Below, in pieces: positions 57,130 to 64,000 of a DNA stretch of 64,000 nucleotides. Source of the stretch: Actinomycetes bacterium (GTDB lineage Bacteria > Actinomycetota > UBA4738 > HRBIN12). The DNA is taken from contig JANPEZ010000161.1 of assembly GCA_031423155.1 (NCBI GenBank), positions 13,312 to 77,311 on the forward strand, in the 5' to 3' direction. Numbering within the stretch: the stretch's first letter is position 1; every line of letters starts with the position of its first letter. A model generated the notes under the pieces. That model worked only from the letters and a program-made list of their open reading frames with translations, was not told the origin of the DNA and did not search any database. The position numbers were made by a program, and so were the translations under genes.

Positions 57130-57331
57130 GGCCCATGCTTCTCGTCCTCGCTGGGCCTAGTTGGGCGCGTCCTCGTCCCAGGAGGCTCGGTTTACGAGCG
57201 CGTGGTCGTCGGTCGGCATGCCCGCACGATAGTGCGCCGGCCGCGCCTGGGATTGCTGCTGAACCGGTCTCGCGCTGCTCGGCCTGACTGGCTAGGATGG
57301 CGGCCTTGCCGAGCGCGGAGGACTCCAGACC

Positions 57332-59289
<1,958 letters not shown>

Positions 59290-59293
<4 letters not shown>

Positions 59294-59709
59294 CACTCAA
59301 GGGCTCGGGATTGTCCGGAGCCGAATCGGAGTTCGTCGCGGGCGCCCGCGTCGGCCACCTTGCGACCACCCGCCCGGACGGAACGCCGCACGTCGTACCC
59401 ATCTCCGCCGTGCTTGACCTCGACAGGCTCCTGTTCGCCACCGAAGTCGGAACCTCCAAGGTCTCGAATATCAAGGAGAACCCGCTGGTTGCGGTCTGTT
59501 TCGACGAGTACCACGAGGACTGGACCCAGCTGAAGCAGGTGATCCTCTACGGCGCCGCGTACTTCATCGAGACCGGCATGGAGTTCCTGCGAGACCGCAA
59601 CCTGCTCTACGAGAAGTTCACCCAGTACGAGAGCGAAGCCCCGATCGAAGAGGGCGAGTCCCTCATAGTCGAAGTCGAGATCGAGCGCGCCTCGACCTGG
59701 GGGTTCTAG
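59290..59709 (+). CDS. PPOX-class (pyridoxamine 5'-phosphate oxidase-like, probably F420-dependent) protein
   Basis: [20 protein letters not shown] split-barrel motif. Confidence 0.65.
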
Positions 59710-61484
59710 TCGACGTCGTGACGGCGGAAGAAGTCGATCACCAAACCTATGTGTCTCGCTTGTTCGGAGGCAACGTTCGTGTGATGACCCTCCGGGTAGA
59801 GGTGTAGCTCGACCTCGCGTCCGGTCGCGCGCAGGCGCACGACGTAGGTCATCACCTGACCCAGCGGACACCGGCTGTCGTGTTCACCGGCGATCACGAT
59901 CATCGGCGCGGTCACCGCGTCGACGTAGGTCATCGGGTTCCGCTCGTGATAGAGCTCGGGCAGGTCTTCGGGCGAGCCCCCCATCACTGCCAGATCCCAG
60001 GCCCGCAGGTTCGGGGCGCACTCGTAGTGGGCGGCGACGTAGTCGCCCGCCGGGATGCCCGCGAAGACCGCGCGCCAGCGGTCCGGGTTGATACCCGCGT
60101 TCAAGGTCGCCAGGTATCCACCCCAGGACCATCCCGAGAGGAAGACCCGCGAAGGGTCGGTGAATCCGGTAGCGACTACGTGGTCCAGTGCCGCGATCAC
60201 GTCTTCTGATTCGGGGAAGCCGATGTTGGCTTGGATGGCCTCTCTGTGCTCACGCCCGTAGCCGGTCGAACCGCGATAGTTCACGACCACGACGGCGAAG
60301 CCGTTGTCGACGAACGCCTGAGCTTCCGGCGCGAAGTCGTCGGTGTGGTGGTACTCGGGTCCGCCGTGGACCGACATGACCGTCGGGAACGGCCGTTCGC
60401 CGATCGGTGTGACGACGAAGCCGTGGATCGTCTGACCGAGTGGGTTCTCGAATGAGATGGGTTCGAAAGGCCGGCCGGCCGGCGGCGGATCGGGCAGCGT
60501 TAGGACGACCTCGCCGCCCGCGTTCCGGATCGTCGGTGAAACGACGCTGCTCGCGAACCGGTACCAGATGTCTCCGTCGGGCCTGATCCCGGGCTGCTCG
60601 ATGGTCCCTTCAGCACCGACGAGTTCGGCGGTCGCGCCCGTGGAAAGGTCCACCCTGTGAAGTGAGTGACGTTGTCCGTCGTCGTGCTGAACCAAGACCG
60701 CGGTCCCACCGGGGTACCAGTTGGCGTGCGTGACGGCGCAAGGTAGGTTCGCGCCGAGTTCCTCGAGCCGGCCGGTTTCCAAGTCCCACACCCAGGGCTT
60801 GGAGAACTCGCCGGTCTCACGCTGGACGACGAGCCTTCGGTCGCCGCCGACCGGTGACCATCCAGCGGGCGAGACGCTGCGTCCCTCGTCGAGCAGATCG
60901 CCCACGCTCTCGCCCGTCTCGACATCCAGCACCCTTACCGCTGGGTGGGAGATGTCCGATAACTCGCAGTGCCAGATCGCTATCAGCGTTCCATCGGCGG
61001 ACAGGCCGCCGGCGCCCTGCGGCCACTCCGCGCCTACCCCCGCCGGTTCGGAACTCGAATACACGACACGCGATGGCCCGCCCGGCGCCCCCACTCGGAT
61101 CTCGTAGCCGTCTTCGGTCGAGAAGCCGGCCGCAGCCAGGCCGCCCGAGAACGAGATCCCGCACATCCACGCATCGGACATGCCCGGGAAGAGTGACCAA
61201 GGTTCGCCACCTTCGAACGGAGAGACCATCCAACGTCCGTGCTCGTCGCCGAGCTCGTCGAGCCACCAGGCCACGCCCGAACCGTCGGGGAGGATGTGGG
61301 CCTCCTCGGCTCCGACGCCTCTGTCCGACACACGCCTGCGCTCGCTCGCCGACAGATCCCAGGCCCACGCCTCCTCGGAGCCGTCTTCGTTGGACACGAC
61401 CGCCAGGCGATGGGGAGCTTCGGCGGCCCATCGCATCTGCGCGATACGAGGGGCCGTATACCTGCGTTTCCAGTCCTCGGGCAT
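59706..61484 (-). CDS. S9-family serine peptidase (prolyl oligopeptidase / dipeptidyl aminopeptidase-like)
   Basis: N-terminal beta-propeller and a C-terminal alpha/beta hydrolase domain with GWSWGG (GxSxGG). The start is at MPEDWKRRY; the ORF track extends to 61577. Confidence 0.8.
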   Translation of the reverse strand: MPEDWKRRYTAPRIAQMRWAAEAPHRLAVVSNEDGSEEAWAWDLSASERRRVSDRGVGAEEAHILPDGSGVAWWLDELGDEHGRWMVSPFEGGEPWSLFPGMSDAWMCGISFSGGLAAAGFSTEDGYEIRVGAPGGPSRVVYSSSEPAGVGAEWPQGAGGLSADGTLIAIWHCELSDISHPAVRVLDVETGESVGDLLDEGRSVSPAGWSPVGGDRRLVVQRETGEFSKPWVWDLETGRLEELGANLPCAVTHANWYPGGTAVLVQHDDGQRHSLHRVDLSTGATAELVGAEGTIEQPGIRPDGDIWYRFASSVVSPTIRNAGGEVVLTLPDPPPAGRPFEPISFENPLGQTIHGFVVTPIGERPFPTVMSVHGGPEYHHTDDFAPEAQAFVDNGFAVVVVNYRGSTGYGREHREAIQANIGFPESEDVIAALDHVVATGFTDPSRVFLSGWSWGGYLATLNAGINPDRWRAVFAGIPAGDYVAAHYECAPNLRAWDLAVMGGSPEDLPELYHERNPMTYVDAVTAPMIVIAGEHDSRCPLGQVMTYVVRLRATGREVELHLYPEGHHTNVASEQARHIGLVIDFFRRHDVD

Positions 61485-61563
61485 GGCGGCAAGGCTAACC
61501 CGCGGTCCATCCCGACCGGAACCCCCGCTTGCCCCGACGCATCGACCGAAGGACACTGAGCCG

Positions 61564-61950
61564 ATGCCGGGCAACAACGACGATCTGCTGGGGCGGCTCT
61601 TCGGCCGGGACCGGATCGATCGGGCAGGTGAAGACGAGGATGACTATCGGCCGCCACCGACTTCCAGGGCATGGAGCGACAGGAACGACGGGCCGGCCCT
61701 GGTCCTGGCCCGCCTCGGCGTCGCCTTCGGATTCATCCTCCTGATCGCGCCGGGTTGGATGGCTCTGCGTGCCTACCGGGACTGGCGGGAAGGTCTGGCC
61801 AGGCACGCGAAATTGCCCTGGGCCCTCGGAGTCACCGCGCTCTGGACGGCCGTGATCGCGACTGCCTTCCTCACCTCCTTCGGAGCGCTGGTCCTGCTCG
61901 TCGGGATCGTTGCCCTTCCGGCGGCCTTGCTGCCGGTCGTTCGCGCCTGA
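61564..61950 (+). CDS. Small membrane protein, hypothetical
   Basis: Acidic N-terminus followed by three hydrophobic helices (LGVAFGFILLIAPGWMAL, ALGVTALWTAVIATAFL, LVLLVGIVALPAALL). Confidence 0.45.
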   Translation: MPGNNDDLLGRLFGRDRIDRAGEDEDDYRPPPTSRAWSDRNDGPALVLARLGVAFGFILLIAPGWMALRAYRDWREGLARHAKLPWALGVTALWTAVIATAFLTSFGALVLLVGIVALPAALLPVVRA

Positions 61951-61957
61951 GATGGGC

Positions 61958-61988
61958 TTGCCACCTACCCCCGGTTTGCGGCTACAAT
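61958..61988 (+). promoter_or_regulatory. Candidate sigma-A promoter of groEL (-35 TTGCCA, -10 TACAAT, 19-nt spacer)
   Basis: TTGCCA at 61958-63 and TACAAT at 61983-88, immediately before the CIRCE element. Confidence 0.4.
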
Positions 61989-61990
61989 CG

Positions 61991-62017
61991 TTAGCACTCA
62001 GCACCTTCGAGTGCTAG
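61991..62017 (+). promoter_or_regulatory. CIRCE operator (HrcA binding site) upstream of groEL
   Basis: TTAGCACTC-N9-GAGTGCTAG, a near-perfect match to the CIRCE consensus TTAGCACTC-N9-GAGTGCTAA. Confidence 0.85.
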
Positions 62018-62037
62018 CAGTCGTAGACCAAGGCTGA

Positions 62038-63684
<1,647 letters not shown>

Positions 63685-63711
63685 GTCCGCCGGCACTAAC
63701 GGTTCCAAGAA

Positions 63712-63735
63712 GGCCCGGGGCTCACGCCCCGGGCC
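63712..63735 (+). terminator. Rho-independent terminator hairpin after groEL
   Basis: GGCCCGGGGC-tcac-GCCCCGGGCC, followed by ttcacgtttccttt. Confidence 0.6.
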
Positions 63736-63812
63736 TTCACGTTTCCTTTACCTAACGCCCGTGAACCATTCCATAGGCGGGACCGAACGGGTTTGTGGAG
63801 CCCCTCTCTCCA

Positions 63813-63840
63813 GAAAGAGCCCGGACCCCCCGGTCCGGGC
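63813..63840 (+). terminator. Second GC-rich hairpin (tandem terminator)
   Basis: AGAGCCCGGACC-cccc-GGTCCGGGCTCT, followed by ttcatct. Confidence 0.5.
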
Positions 63841-63873
63841 TCTTTCATCTCCCCTTCGGTAGGCTTCGCGGCT

Positions 63874-64000
63874 ATGCACGAGACCAGGATGCAGATCCGC
63901 TGGCGCGACATGGACGCCTACGGCCATGTGAACAACGCCGTGTACCTCAACTACCTGGAGGACTGCCGCGACGCCTGGGCCCAGAAGGTCCTCGGGGGTG
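63874..64000 (+). CDS. Acyl-CoA thioesterase (YbgC/4HBT hotdog fold), 5' partial at the window end
   Basis: MHETRMQIRWRDMDAYGHVNNAVYLNYLE is the classic hotdog thioesterase N-terminus. Confidence 0.6.
   Translation, partial: MHETRMQIRWRDMDAYGHVNNAVYLNYLEDCRDAWAQKVLGG

Overview
High-GC (~68-70%) window from an actinobacterial chromosome. The gene content is Rubrobacter-like: B. subtilis-like radA-yacL-ispDF order, carD, OtsA/OtsB plus TreT, and GGAGG-type ribosome-binding sites. Two conserved housekeeping backbones are recognisable. One is tilS-hpt-ftsH-folE-folP-folB-folK-panC-coaX-lysS-clpC. The other is radA-carD-yacL(PIN/TRAM)-ispD-ispF-rlmB. acs and a CIRCE-controlled groEL are also present. 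Accessory material is inserted between these backbones. First, a two-component signalling island with four paralogous HisKA_3 sensor kinases: three are tandem and translationally coupled, and the first runs off the window edge. The island also holds a UspA, a NarL-type regulator, and a divergent paralogous regulator fused to a class III nucleotide cyclase. Second, a USP-ABC1 kinase fusion. Third, a secreted lysyl-oxidase-family protein next to tRNA-Thr. Fourth, a VapBC pair, an ECF sigma with a putative anti-sigma, and a RIO-type kinase. Fifth, a P450, a GNAT and a D-aminoacylase. Sixth, a DsrE-TusA-SQR-TusA-DsrE sulfur-trafficking cluster with a GAF/PAS kinase. Seventh, a trehalose module (otsB convergent on an otsA-treT operon that also carries a CheY-like regulator and a HAD-IIB phosphatase). 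clpC carries a -1 frameshift. There are two tRNA-Thr genes (CGT, TGT). No CRISPR array, transposase or rRNA was seen. Gene starts were placed by counting residues in the supplied ORF track. Reading the raw sequence by eye can be off by a base; one ±1 text/ORF-track mismatch was noticed near 42838.
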